Shown: one piece after another, positions 1-8,488 of the stretch
Layout: each line of letters starts with the position of its first letter
Position numbering within the stretch: the first letter of the stretch is position 1
Source of the DNA: a virus
Taxonomy: Duplodnaviria; Heunggongvirae; Uroviricota; Caudoviricetes
Reading direction: 5' to 3' (one strand)
Length of the DNA: 14,554 nt
Virus record (IMG/VR): IMGVR_UViG_3300046810_000041
Coordinates: 64,001-78,554 of that record
Notes under the pieces: generated by a model
What the model was told of the DNA's origin: nothing
What the model saw: the letters and a program-made list of their open reading frames with translations, nothing else
Database searches by the model: none
Position numbers and translations under genes: made by a program

Positions 1-1
1 T

Positions 2-1309
2 ACTGTACAGTGGTATAAGAATGGTGTAGCAGTAGGTTCTCCCACAACTGCAGATTATGATGAAGGTGCTGACCCTTCTGATGATGGAGCATCTTACTAT
101 GCCATTGCTAGTAATGGTGTTGGTGCTAGTGTAAGGTCTAACACAGTTTACTCTTATGTAAGTTATGTCCCTGATCGCGCACCTACAGTTGATTTCCAAC
201 CATCCGATACAGTATACTCAGGCAACGGTAACCAATCCTCTACATGGCTTACTGGTGGTGGTTCTGGTAATCCTACCCCAACTCAGACATGGTATAAGAC
301 AGGAAGTGCATCCCCAGTAGGTTACGGAGGTCAGCTCACATTTAGTAATCCTACGATTGCAATTGAAGGGAGTTATTACTTTACTTTGGTTAACAGAGCA
401 GGTACTGCTACATCGAGAACTGCATCACTGACTATGGCTCGTGACCCAACATTCACAAGTCAGCCTCAGAACACCTCGGTGGCTATTGGCGGGACTGTAT
501 CGTTCTACTGTGCTGCTACATCGAACGTTCCTCTTACTTACGAGTGGCTGAATGCTGCTGGATCAATTGTAGGGACAGGTCAAAGCTTGTCGTTCACTTC
601 TGCTTATAACATGGAAGGTACTTACAGATGCAGAGTATCTCACCAGTTTGGTATGTTTATGTCAAACTCAGCTACATTTACTGCGGTTGCACCTGATCCA
701 GCTCCTGTGATCTCGACTCAACCAGTTAGTATTTCTGTAGCTAAAGGTGATGTTAGCAAATCATTCTCTTGTGTTGCTAGTCCAGTAACTGCGTATGATT
801 GGTACCGGGATGGTGTATACCAAGCGAGTGGGAGTTCTTATACTCCAAATACCGCAGTAGAAGGAACCTTCACTTACTACTGCAAAGTAACAAACGGCGG
901 CACCTCGGTTAACTCAAGCTCTGTGACTCTCACTGTTACAGCTGCACCTTCTACTTACACGTCTTATAATAATCCTTCAAATTACTTTGATGAGGCTTAT
1001 AATCGTTCATGCTCCTGGAATATCTCAGGCTCTTCGACAAGCGGTGGTGATTGGGCTAACGGCGGCGGCGATAGTTCATTGTATGATGTCATGTGTTCGG
1101 GAACAGGGACAATTGCAGGTTTAGCGTATGATACTTGGTATTCGTTATCAAGTGGTCGTACATGGCTTGTAAATCCTCCGAGCACTAGTAATGGCTCTTC
1201 AAGGACTGTCAATTTTACATTTCAAGTAAGAATTAGATCAACAGGTCAGGTAGTTTCCTCTGGCAGTGTCAATCTAGTTGCTTACGATTCTGGAGCGATA
1301 CCTCGATAA
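2..1309 (+). CDS. Multi-Ig-like-domain tail/virion protein, 5'-partial
   Basis: Frame +2 is open from base 2 (TVQWYKNG...), so the 386 start in the ORF track is internal. It has repeated I-set-like units (PT/V..QP...C/G.......W.K/R.G......G.Y.C) at about 2-170 (partial), 182-440, 446-690 and 704-940, then a beta-rich C-terminal domain. It sits just upstream of the tail fibre module. Confidence 0.8.
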   Translation, partial: TVQWYKNGVAVGSPTTADYDEGADPSDDGASYYAIASNGVGASVRSNTVYSYVSYVPDRAPTVDFQPSDTVYSGNGNQSSTWLTGGGSGNPTPTQTWYKTGSASPVGYGGQLTFSNPTIAIEGSYYFTLVNRAGTATSRTASLTMARDPTFTSQPQNTSVAIGGTVSFYCAATSNVPLTYEWLNAAGSIVGTGQSLSFTSAYNMEGTYRCRVSHQFGMFMSNSATFTAVAPDPAPVISTQPVSISVAKGDVSKSFSCVASPVTAYDWYRDGVYQASGSSYTPNTAVEGTFTYYCKVTNGGTSVNSSSVTLTVTAAPSTYTSYNNPSNYFDEAYNRSCSWNISGSSTSGGDWANGGGDSSLYDVMCSGTGTIAGLAYDTWYSLSSGRTWLVNPPSTSNGSSRTVNFTFQVRIRSTGQVVSSGSVNLVAYDSGAIPR

Positions 1310-1599
1310 TGGCTATTATTGCACCTCAAACAGCACCTAATTTTGCGACTGGCAACTATCACAAGATCCTTCGCGGAGAGCTTATTTGTGGACCTAAAGA
1401 AGAAAATCCTCGGATGATTGTCTTTATGGGTTTCTACGCTAGTGAAGCTGCCCGAGAAGCGAATGGTGATCCGATGTATACTCATATTATCACAATCCCT
1501 CTGTCGGCTATGGCGCAAGATCCTCGGATCGAGCTTTATGAACTGGCAATGCAATGTGATTTGTATGCAAATACTAACGCAACTTCTGATGTGAGTTAA
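1309..1599 (+). CDS. Small tail-associated protein (possible fibre assembly/chaperone)
   Basis: TAATG coupling to the upstream gene; 96 aa; the YHKI...FYASEAAREAN...P pattern resembles small proteins next to phage tail genes. Function is inferred from context. Confidence 0.55.
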   Translation: MAIIAPQTAPNFATGNYHKILRGELICGPKEENPRMIVFMGFYASEAAREANGDPMYTHIITIPLSAMAQDPRIELYELAMQCDLYANTNATSDVS

Positions 1600-1600
1600 A

Positions 1601-2146
1601 ATGGAAATAAGGAATGTTAAGGATCATCGTGAATTTAGCCGGTGTATGGATATTGCTGAAGCTAACAATACAGATCCTTACTTCCTTGGCGAACGAAGCT
1701 ACTTCGAGAAGAACCTGATGAAGGTGATTCAACGAGGAGCTTTGTTTAAAGTAATTCTGATGAATAATGAAATCGTAGCATGGGGCTGCGCTGTTATTGG
1801 TGCACCCTACCTACATACAAGAGAGCAAGAAGTCTCTCAAATGTACTACCAAACAAAACTAAAAGGATTTTCTGCCGTCAAAGCATTGAGGCTCTATCAC
1901 AAGTCGATGATCGAGTATGCTGAGAAGAATGGTATTGAGAAATGCGTATCGACTTCGATTATGGATACTCAGGAAACCTTTTACCGAATTCTAGAGAAGG
2001 ACGGGTGGGTTCGTCGTGGATGTACTATGGTATATAAATTACCCAAGAAGAATCCAACTGGTCCTCGGTTGGCTCTAGTGCGCATCCCAGGGCGACAGGA
2101 GAGGCTGTCAGGCAAGCAGAACGCTAGCGCCTCGCCACGCGGGTAG
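1601..2146 (+). CDS. GNAT-like (acetyltransferase-fold) protein in tail module
   Basis: The pattern VILMNNEIVAWGCAV...EVSQMYYQ...KGFSAVKALRLYHKSMIEYAEKNGIEKCVST...FYRILEKDGW matches GNAT beta4/alpha3/beta5 and the C-terminal 'Y.+.G' elements. The last ~30 aa look non-homologous. Confidence 0.6.
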   Translation: MEIRNVKDHREFSRCMDIAEANNTDPYFLGERSYFEKNLMKVIQRGALFKVILMNNEIVAWGCAVIGAPYLHTREQEVSQMYYQTKLKGFSAVKALRLYHKSMIEYAEKNGIEKCVSTSIMDTQETFYRILEKDGWVRRGCTMVYKLPKKNPTGPRLALVRIPGRQERLSGKQNASASPRG

Positions 2147-2240
2147 ACTGCCAGTATGAGGGCATGGGCCAAGCTGCGCGTGCCTCCTGGCAATACTCTG
2201 GATAGCCCAGATCAACAATTAACTAATAAAGGAAATCTAA

Positions 2241-2822
2241 ATGTCTAGGACAAAAATTACAAGCACTAACACGAGTGTTGGTACCGATGATGGAAATACT
2301 CTGTTCTCGTTCATTCAAGGCGAACAGCTTGAGTTCGGCGTTACTTTGGGTTTCCTGAGTTCGCTGAGTGGTTATACGTTCGAAGCTGTTGTCATGGAAG
2401 CACTCAACGTTGCTGGTGACGAAAGTGTACCTAACGCTGTTCGTCCGGGTGGTATTAACACTACACTTACTGTGCGTGTACCACCTGAGCGCGGCAACTG
2501 GAGTGCTTCTACAAACTATAGCATGAATGATGTTGTGTTTTATAACAACTTGTATTATATTCGAAAGAGTGGTACTAACGTTGTTGATAGCACTGCGCCA
2601 AGCCTCAGCCCTAATTGGACTGCGTATGTGCCAAATAAAATCTATGTGCAGTTCCCTCTCACAATGGGCTCTACCTGGGCTGTTAAAGCTACTCCTGGAG
2701 TCCCTGTTCATGGCTTCTTTGAACTTCGTGTCACAGAACCTGTTAGCGCGGCCTTCCCGAGAACTTGGAAGCCTCTGCGTGGTGTAGTGGAGATTCTGTT
2801 CAGCCCAACAGACGTTGTCTAA
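2241..2822 (+). CDS. Conserved virion/tail-fibre-adjacent protein with internal CBM5/12-like module
   Basis: SD AAAGGA upstream; 193 aa; residues encoded at 2499-2618 (WSASTNYSMNDVVFYNNLYY...P..SPNW) fit the W...T.Y..GD.V.Y.G..Y carbohydrate-binding motif. Confidence 0.6.
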   Translation: MSRTKITSTNTSVGTDDGNTLFSFIQGEQLEFGVTLGFLSSLSGYTFEAVVMEALNVAGDESVPNAVRPGGINTTLTVRVPPERGNWSASTNYSMNDVVFYNNLYYIRKSGTNVVDSTAPSLSPNWTAYVPNKIYVQFPLTMGSTWAVKATPGVPVHGFFELRVTEPVSAAFPRTWKPLRGVVEILFSPTDVV

Positions 2823-2834
2823 TAAAGGATAAAT

Positions 2835-5800
2835 ATGGACTACAATATTACAATCACTGATAGCGGATATGATATCCAGCTTCAGAACCAGAATCTTGAT
2901 GTAAAGATTGATCAATTAGGTCCGGCAGGCTCCGATGGTGTACTATCCCCTGATATGGTGATTCTCGGTAATACCGTGACTACCAAGGCAGGTGAAGCTG
3001 CTGTGAGTGCTACTAATGCAAAGACCTCAGAGACCAATTCGAAAACTTCTGAGACCAACTCAAAGACCTCGGAAACTAATTCGAAGACTTCTGAGACTAA
3101 CGCTTTGGCCTCTAAGAATGCAGCTGCCACAAGTGCGACTAACGCTGCAACCTCAGAAACGAATGCTCTGGCCTCTAAGAACACTGCGGTCACAAGTGCT
3201 ACTAATGCGGCTACTTCGGAAACTAACGCTTTGGCCTCTAAGAATGCTGCTGCAACCTCGGCAACGAATGCTGCTACCTCTGAAGCTAATGCTTTGGCAT
3301 CTAAGAATGCTGCGGCTGTAAGCGCAACTAACGCTGGTACTTCAGAAACTAATGCTTTAGCGTCTAAGAATGCTGCTGCAACTTCGGCAACGAATGCTTC
3401 TACTAGCGCAACTAACGCTGCAACTTCTGAAACTAATGCTTTGGCATCTAAGAATGCAGCTGCCACAAGTGCAACTAACGCAGGCACTTCTGAAACTAAT
3501 GCTTTGGCATCTAAGAATGCAGCTGCCACAAGTGCAACTCTGGCACAACAATGGGCAACCAATACTGTATCCACGGTAGATGGTACAAGCTATGGTGCTA
3601 AGAAGTACTCTACTGATGCTGCCGCTTCTGCAACTGCAGCGAATACAAGTAAGGTCAATGCAGGTACTTCTGAAACTAATGCTCTGGCCTCTAAGAATGC
3701 TGCTGCTACGAGTGCAACTAACGCTGCTACTTCCGAGACCAATGCAAAGACTTCCGAGACCAATGCAAAGACTTCCGAGACCAACGCCAAGACTTCAGAA
3801 ACTAACGCTGCAGCTTCGGCTTCCACAGCTAGTACAGCTTCGAGTAACCTGACAGCTGCTTTGGCTTCTTTCCGCGAAAAATACTTGGGCACATTCACTA
3901 CCAGCCCCACGGTTGATGGTAATGGTGCAGCTCTGAAATCTGGTGCAGAGTACTTCAATGATACTACCAATAAACTGTATGTGTATGATACAGCTTTGGG
4001 TTGGAAACCTTATGATGATGCGGCCCAGACTGCAACTACCAACGCAACCACTTCGGCCTCTCAAGCTGCGGGTAGTGCTTCGGCTGCTTCTACTTCGGCT
4101 ACTAATGCTGCAACTTCTGAGACTAATGCGCTGGCATCTAAGAATGCAGCCAAGACCTCTGAGACCAATGCAAAAACTTCTGAGACCAATGCGAAGACCT
4201 CCGAAACAAATGCTGCAACTTCCGCTACGAATGCTGCCAACTCAGCAACTGCGGCTGCTACCTCGGCTTCCAATGCTGCTGCTGCTCAAGTTAACTCGGA
4301 TTGGAATGCAACAACTGGCAAGGCTCAGATTCTGAATAAGCCTGCATTGGCTGCTGTGGCTACTTCGGGTAGTAAGGCTGATGTCGGTCTGGGAAGCGTC
4401 GAGAATAAAGCACTTTCGGACTACGGCATTGGAACAATCGGTGCAGCACCTGGTATTCTTGATCTGGACGATGTGACCATTGGTGCGGGCTTCTACTACA
4501 CTAACGCAAGCACAGTTGGAACCTGGCCTGCAGGTCTTTCTGCCGGTGGCACATTCTTGCTTCATCGTGTATTCGGTACAGCAGGTTTCCAACTCATGCA
4601 ACCTTATGGTGCCAACAATCTGTACTTCCGTAGACGTACTGGTTCTGCATGGTATCCTTGGACTGCCATCTTTAGTGAAACTTCCTTGACAAAGGTAAGT
4701 CAGCTTACTAATGATAGTAATTATCTCAAAGCAGACGGCACAGTAGCTGCAACAGCAATGCTGAATTTGGCAGCTGCAAAGTTCTGGGAAGCTAATAGTA
4801 CCGCGGGTATTGATGCTAACAATAGTGATCTTATCGGACTTAATGGGTTGTATTTCGATGACTTGGCAGATGGTACTGGTGAAGGTATTAACTTTTATCG
4901 TGATGCTACTCATTGGGATTCATTCTATGCGAACAATGGTACTCTGTACTTCGCCCCTAACCGTGTAAATGGCGCTGCTGCTTCTCCCAACGCTATTCTG
5001 CATATGGGTAACTACAACTCTTATGCTCCAAAGCTTGATGGCACAGGTGCTACTGGCAACTGGAGTATTAACTCCGCAAACGTAACTGGTGTTGTGGCAC
5101 TTGCTAACGGTGGTACAGGCGGCACTGATGCGACTTCTGCTCGTCAGAATCTGGGTGCTTATGGCTCGTTCGCGTCTATCGCGACTGGTATTGATTTGAA
5201 TACGTTGACTGCACCCGGATACTACCATCAAGGGTCTAATGCATTCGCGGCTGCTGGTGCTAACTACCCGGTTGCATTGGCTGGTGTTCTTAAGGTTCAT
5301 GCAAGCAGTGTAGGTTCGGGTGGTACATTTGTGTATCAAGAATACCATCAGTATAATAGCACCGAAGTATTTGTTCGAGCTTACTACAGCGGCGCTTGGA
5401 CAGCTTGGGCCCGAACTGTTAATACTGTTAATTTGTCAACATATGCCCTGCCAATCAGCGGCGGTACTCTGACAGGTCCAGTTACATCTAATGGTAATTT
5501 TACTATGGGTGTAGGTTACACGTTCAAACCACGTGCTCCCGCTGCTTCTGCTGCTATTACAGGGCTTACAGGTGCCCCAATCGATTACCCTGAAAGTAAC
5601 TTGGGTACTGGTGGATTTGCCGTAATGACACACCAGCCTTCTGTTGTGAACGATGGTTACCGTATGCATTTGGTAACAGGCACTTATCGTTCGGGTATCA
5701 GCAGCTATAATGGTGGATACTTCGTGGGTATGGGCGGTAACGATAATAATCCGACAGAATACTTCCTCATGAAGTTCGGTGGGGACATCACGCATAGTTC

Positions 5801-7061
5801 TGGTAAAACTTTTGTCCACTCAGGCAATGTTGGTACCTATGCTCTGACTAATACGAACTTTACAGCTAACACTAATGTGACTAAAGCAGCAGGTGTTGAA
5901 GCCTCAATGCTGTTGACTTCTGGTGTAATGCAGACTTCGTTGTTCTGGCGTGATACCGATAAGAACTTTGGTGTATACATCAATGACGGTACCACCGCAG
6001 TAACTCGCATGCGTTTTGTTGGACCTACGGGTGATGTGCGTATTATCGAAGATGCCAATGGTTCTCTGATTGTGGGTGCTGCTACCAATGATGGTTCTGG
6101 CTCTAAGCTGCAAGTCACAGGTAGCGGTAAGGTCACGGGTAACATGAGCTGCTCGGGCCTCTACTCGACTAACGCGAGCTTTATTTACGCAACAGGTGGT
6201 TACTCCGGCTCGTCTTCCGCATTAACAATGAATTATACTGGTAATGGATCTCAGTATGGTATTGTGATGAAGCCTAATACATCTACCGGGGATACCAATG
6301 CAATTACCTTCCTGAGTAGCGCTAGTACATATGCTTCTAGTGTCTATATGTCTTCGATTCAACACTTGGCCAACAACGCAGGTATGAATCTGACAGGTGT
6401 CTGGAAATGTAATGGTGGGTCTATTCTCCATGATGGTATGGCTGATCCTGTTATTGCCCGCGCTGGGGATGTCAATACCAATGATTGGAACACGATTCTT
6501 ACAAATGGTGTTTATAGGGTAGCTGCATCCACTATGGTTAATGGCCCTACAGGCTATAACTATGGGACACTGGTAGTCTTTACTACGGGCAACTCGACTA
6601 CTCAAACATATTATCCGCATCAGACTCAAGCGATGTCTATCCGAACTAAATGGAATGGCGCAGATTGGTCTGCATGGCGTAATATGGTATCTGATCAGCA
6701 ACCATTGCTTAATAAGCCAACCATTAAAGGATATCTGGAATCTTTCCAAGCACTTAATCCTGGTGCATCTGTCACATTGGATCCACAAACTAATGGTACT
6801 CTTATCAAGATTACAACGACAGTGGCAAGTACTACGGTCACACTCCCTGCGTTTGCTGCTGGTATGTCTTATACCGTCATTATCAAATACGGCGCTGCCG
6901 GACATGCTGTCACCTTTACTGTTATTTCAGGAGGTGGTACTCTTATTTGGGCTGGTGGCGCTGTACCTGCTGCAACAAGTGTGTTAGGTAAACGGGATAA
7001 GTATGTATTTACTTGTGATGATGAGCTTACTATGGGTCAAGATGGAGGAAGGAATTTCTAA
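2835..7061 (+). CDS. Long tail fibre / receptor-binding protein
   Basis: SD AAAGGA; 1408 aa. It has Ala/Ser/Thr/Asn heptad shaft repeats, a YLG...PT.D..G..L..GA.YF motif, a QVNSDWNATTG motif, three pyocin-knob-like domains (DLN/D....G.Y...W..W), and a C-terminal 'SYTVIIKY...W.GGA.P...T....D.Y.F' domain. Confidence 0.9.
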   Translation: MDYNITITDSGYDIQLQNQNLDVKIDQLGPAGSDGVLSPDMVILGNTVTTKAGEAAVSATNAKTSETNSKTSETNSKTSETNSKTSETNALASKNAAATSATNAATSETNALASKNTAVTSATNAATSETNALASKNAAATSATNAATSEANALASKNAAAVSATNAGTSETNALASKNAAATSATNASTSATNAATSETNALASKNAAATSATNAGTSETNALASKNAAATSATLAQQWATNTVSTVDGTSYGAKKYSTDAAASATAANTSKVNAGTSETNALASKNAAATSATNAATSETNAKTSETNAKTSETNAKTSETNAAASASTASTASSNLTAALASFREKYLGTFTTSPTVDGNGAALKSGAEYFNDTTNKLYVYDTALGWKPYDDAAQTATTNATTSASQAAGSASAASTSATNAATSETNALASKNAAKTSETNAKTSETNAKTSETNAATSATNAANSATAAATSASNAAAAQVNSDWNATTGKAQILNKPALAAVATSGSKADVGLGSVENKALSDYGIGTIGAAPGILDLDDVTIGAGFYYTNASTVGTWPAGLSAGGTFLLHRVFGTAGFQLMQPYGANNLYFRRRTGSAWYPWTAIFSETSLTKVSQLTNDSNYLKADGTVAATAMLNLAAAKFWEANSTAGIDANNSDLIGLNGLYFDDLADGTGEGINFYRDATHWDSFYANNGTLYFAPNRVNGAAASPNAILHMGNYNSYAPKLDGTGATGNWSINSANVTGVVALANGGTGGTDATSARQNLGAYGSFASIATGIDLNTLTAPGYYHQGSNAFAAAGANYPVALAGVLKVHASSVGSGGTFVYQEYHQYNSTEVFVRAYYSGAWTAWARTVNTVNLSTYALPISGGTLTGPVTSNGNFTMGVGYTFKPRAPAASAAITGLTGAPIDYPESNLGTGGFAVMTHQPSVVNDGYRMHLVTGTYRSGISSYNGGYFVGMGGNDNNPTEYFLMKFGGDITHSSGKTFVHSGNVGTYALTNTNFTANTNVTKAAGVEASMLLTSGVMQTSLFWRDTDKNFGVYINDGTTAVTRMRFVGPTGDVRIIEDANGSLIVGAATNDGSGSKLQVTGSGKVTGNMSCSGLYSTNASFIYATGGYSGSSSALTMNYTGNGSQYGIVMKPNTSTGDTNAITFLSSASTYASSVYMSSIQHLANNAGMNLTGVWKCNGGSILHDGMADPVIARAGDVNTNDWNTILTNGVYRVAASTMVNGPTGYNYGTLVVFTTGNSTTQTYYPHQTQAMSIRTKWNGADWSAWRNMVSDQQPLLNKPTIKGYLESFQALNPGASVTLDPQTNGTLIKITTTVASTTVTLPAFAAGMSYTVIIKYGAAGHAVTFTVISGGGTLIWAGGAVPAATSVLGKRDKYVFTCDDELTMGQDGGRNF
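3003..3548 (+). repeat. In-frame 21-nt/63-nt tandem repeat block (26 heptads: TSETNAx / ASKNAAA / TSATNAx)
   Basis: Counted from the translation. 54 nt are identical at 3423-3476 and 3486-3539, a 63-nt period. Confidence 0.95.
3666..3812 (+). repeat. Second heptad repeat block of the tail fibre
   Basis: TSETNAL ASKNAAA TSATNAA (TSETNAK)x3 TSETNAA. ACTTCCGAGACCAATGCAAAG is exact at 3729 and 3750, with a 2-mismatch copy at 3771. Confidence 0.95.
4092..4280 (+). repeat. Third heptad repeat block of the tail fibre
   Basis: TSATNAA TSETNAL ASKNAAK TSETNAK TSETNAK TSETNAA TSATNAA NSATAAA TSASNAA. Confidence 0.9.
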
Positions 7062-7873
7062 TGTTTAGTTCAAATGGAATTGCAGCAGGTAAGATTCCAA
7101 ATGGCCAACAAGTCTATACAGCACCGGGGAGCTACTCTTTAGTAGTTCCAGCTGGTGTGACTGCCCTCTCCGCTGTGCTCGTAGCAGGCGGTGGAGGTGG
7201 TGGTTATGATGACGGTGGTTCTGGCGGAAATCTAAGATACAAAAACAACATCCCAGTAACTCCAGGAGAAACTCTTACAATTATTGTAGGAGCAGGTGGT
7301 GCAGGAAACAATAACTGGAATGCTTCTATTGGAGGTGTCAGCCAACTGAAACGTGGTGCTACTGTTATCTTCGATACTAATTCTGTTATCGGCACTGTAG
7401 CAACAGGGGGTGGTAATGGCGGTGGTGGTGGCGGGTACTACGATGCTGGTAACGGATGCGATAATGGAGGCGGAGGCGGTGGTGCTGGGGGTTACTCTGG
7501 TAACGGCGCTCCTGGTAACTCTGGAGGAGCTCCTGCTGGAGGCGGAGGCGCAAGTGGATGCTATAGCACAAGCTCTTATTATACATGGGATGCCACTTCG
7601 CCGTATGCTGGAGAATCTGAAGGTTGGAATGGTACTGACGGGGGTGGTGTTGGTCTTTATGGTCAAGGTGCTTCTGGTGCTGCCTGGAGTCAAGCAGGTT
7701 CTACAACACCTACCGCTTATACCAAGAATTACGGCGGCGGTGGTGCTGGGGGATTCTCTGCTACTACAGCTGCACGTATGTATCCTGGTGCTGTGGGTGG
7801 CGGCGGCGGTGCCAGGCTTATTTGGGGTGCTGGTCGTAGTTACCCCTCAACTCTTACAGGAGATTTATCGTAA
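7061..7873 (+). CDS. Glycine-rich domain protein (tail fibre accessory)
   Basis: TAATG coupling. The pattern YTAPGSYSLVVPAGVTALSAVLVAGGGGGG...GGGGN(L)RY.NN.PVTPGETLTI.VGAGG is typical of phage Gly-rich proteins that follow tail fibres. Confidence 0.75.
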   Translation: MFSSNGIAAGKIPNGQQVYTAPGSYSLVVPAGVTALSAVLVAGGGGGGYDDGGSGGNLRYKNNIPVTPGETLTIIVGAGGAGNNNWNASIGGVSQLKRGATVIFDTNSVIGTVATGGGNGGGGGGYYDAGNGCDNGGGGGGAGGYSGNGAPGNSGGAPAGGGGASGCYSTSSYYTWDATSPYAGESEGWNGTDGGGVGLYGQGASGAAWSQAGSTTPTAYTKNYGGGGAGGFSATTAARMYPGAVGGGGGARLIWGAGRSYPSTLTGDLS

Positions 7874-8487
7874 TGTGGATTGATCTTGAAACTAAAAAGG
7901 TCGTTAATACACATAGTGAAATTAGAGCTATGCGGCCAAACTGGTCAGGTCCGGATGTAATAACTGATGAAATGATTTCAGAATTGGGATTTGCTACTGT
8001 CCTACAAGTACAACCTCAATTTGACCCTCTTTCTCAGGTTGCTTCCGAGCTTGCACCACGTTTAGTAGAGGATGTCTGGATTCAGCAATGGGATATTATC
8101 GATCTCTCTGATGTTCAGATTGCACTCAACTTCAACAAAGCTGTGCAAGATAAAAACGCGGAGATCAATGCAGCTCGTCTGAAAGCAAATGCAACTAGCT
8201 TCACCTATATGGGTAAAGAAATTGCAGTAGATACTGTTAGCTTCAATGACATTATTTCTACAAATGGATATGTTGCTCTCTTTGGGGGATTCTCTGCGGG
8301 TTGGCCAGGTGGTTGGAAAACTATAGATAATTCCTATGTTCCAATTGCTACTGCTGATGATTGGAAATCCTTCTATACAGCGATGTATACACAAGGGACT
8401 ACCAACTTTGGCAAGGCTCAAGCTTTGAAAAAGAAACTTTCCGAAGCTACTACCTTGGAAGAAATTAATAACATTAGCTGGGAGTGA
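7873..8487 (+). CDS. DUF4376-like tail fibre assembly-type protein
   Basis: TAATG coupling. The C-terminal region K.AEINAAR...FTY.G......D...W+T.DNSYV.....D......KAQALK..L..ATT.EE+..ISW fits DUF4376-type proteins. Confidence 0.7.
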   Translation: MWIDLETKKVVNTHSEIRAMRPNWSGPDVITDEMISELGFATVLQVQPQFDPLSQVASELAPRLVEDVWIQQWDIIDLSDVQIALNFNKAVQDKNAEINAARLKANATSFTYMGKEIAVDTVSFNDIISTNGYVALFGGFSAGWPGGWKTIDNSYVPIATADDWKSFYTAMYTQGTTNFGKAQALKKKLSEATTLEEINNISWE

Positions 8488-8488
8488 T

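Noticed and set aside
2912-4273. Long minus-strand and alternate-frame ORFs over the tail fibre repeats (e.g. 2912-3574, 3590-3970, 3007-3321, 3943-4335, 4061-4273)
   Set aside because: These are shadow ORFs produced by stop-poor Ala/Thr/Ser/Asn codon repeats; they have no RBS context, and the translations merely mirror the repeat.
3003-4280. 21/63-nt tandem repeats as a possible CRISPR array
   Set aside because: There are no unique spacers; the repeats are in-frame, degenerate at synonymous sites and lie inside a CDS.
7180-7820. GGTGGT/GGCGGC runs as G-quadruplex or simple-sequence repeats
   Set aside because: These are explained by poly-Gly coding in the glycine-rich protein.
5900-7873. 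Diversity-generating retroelement acting on the fibre tip
   Set aside because: I saw no reverse transcriptase and no near-duplicate TR/VR pair with adenine-specific mismatches in this window.
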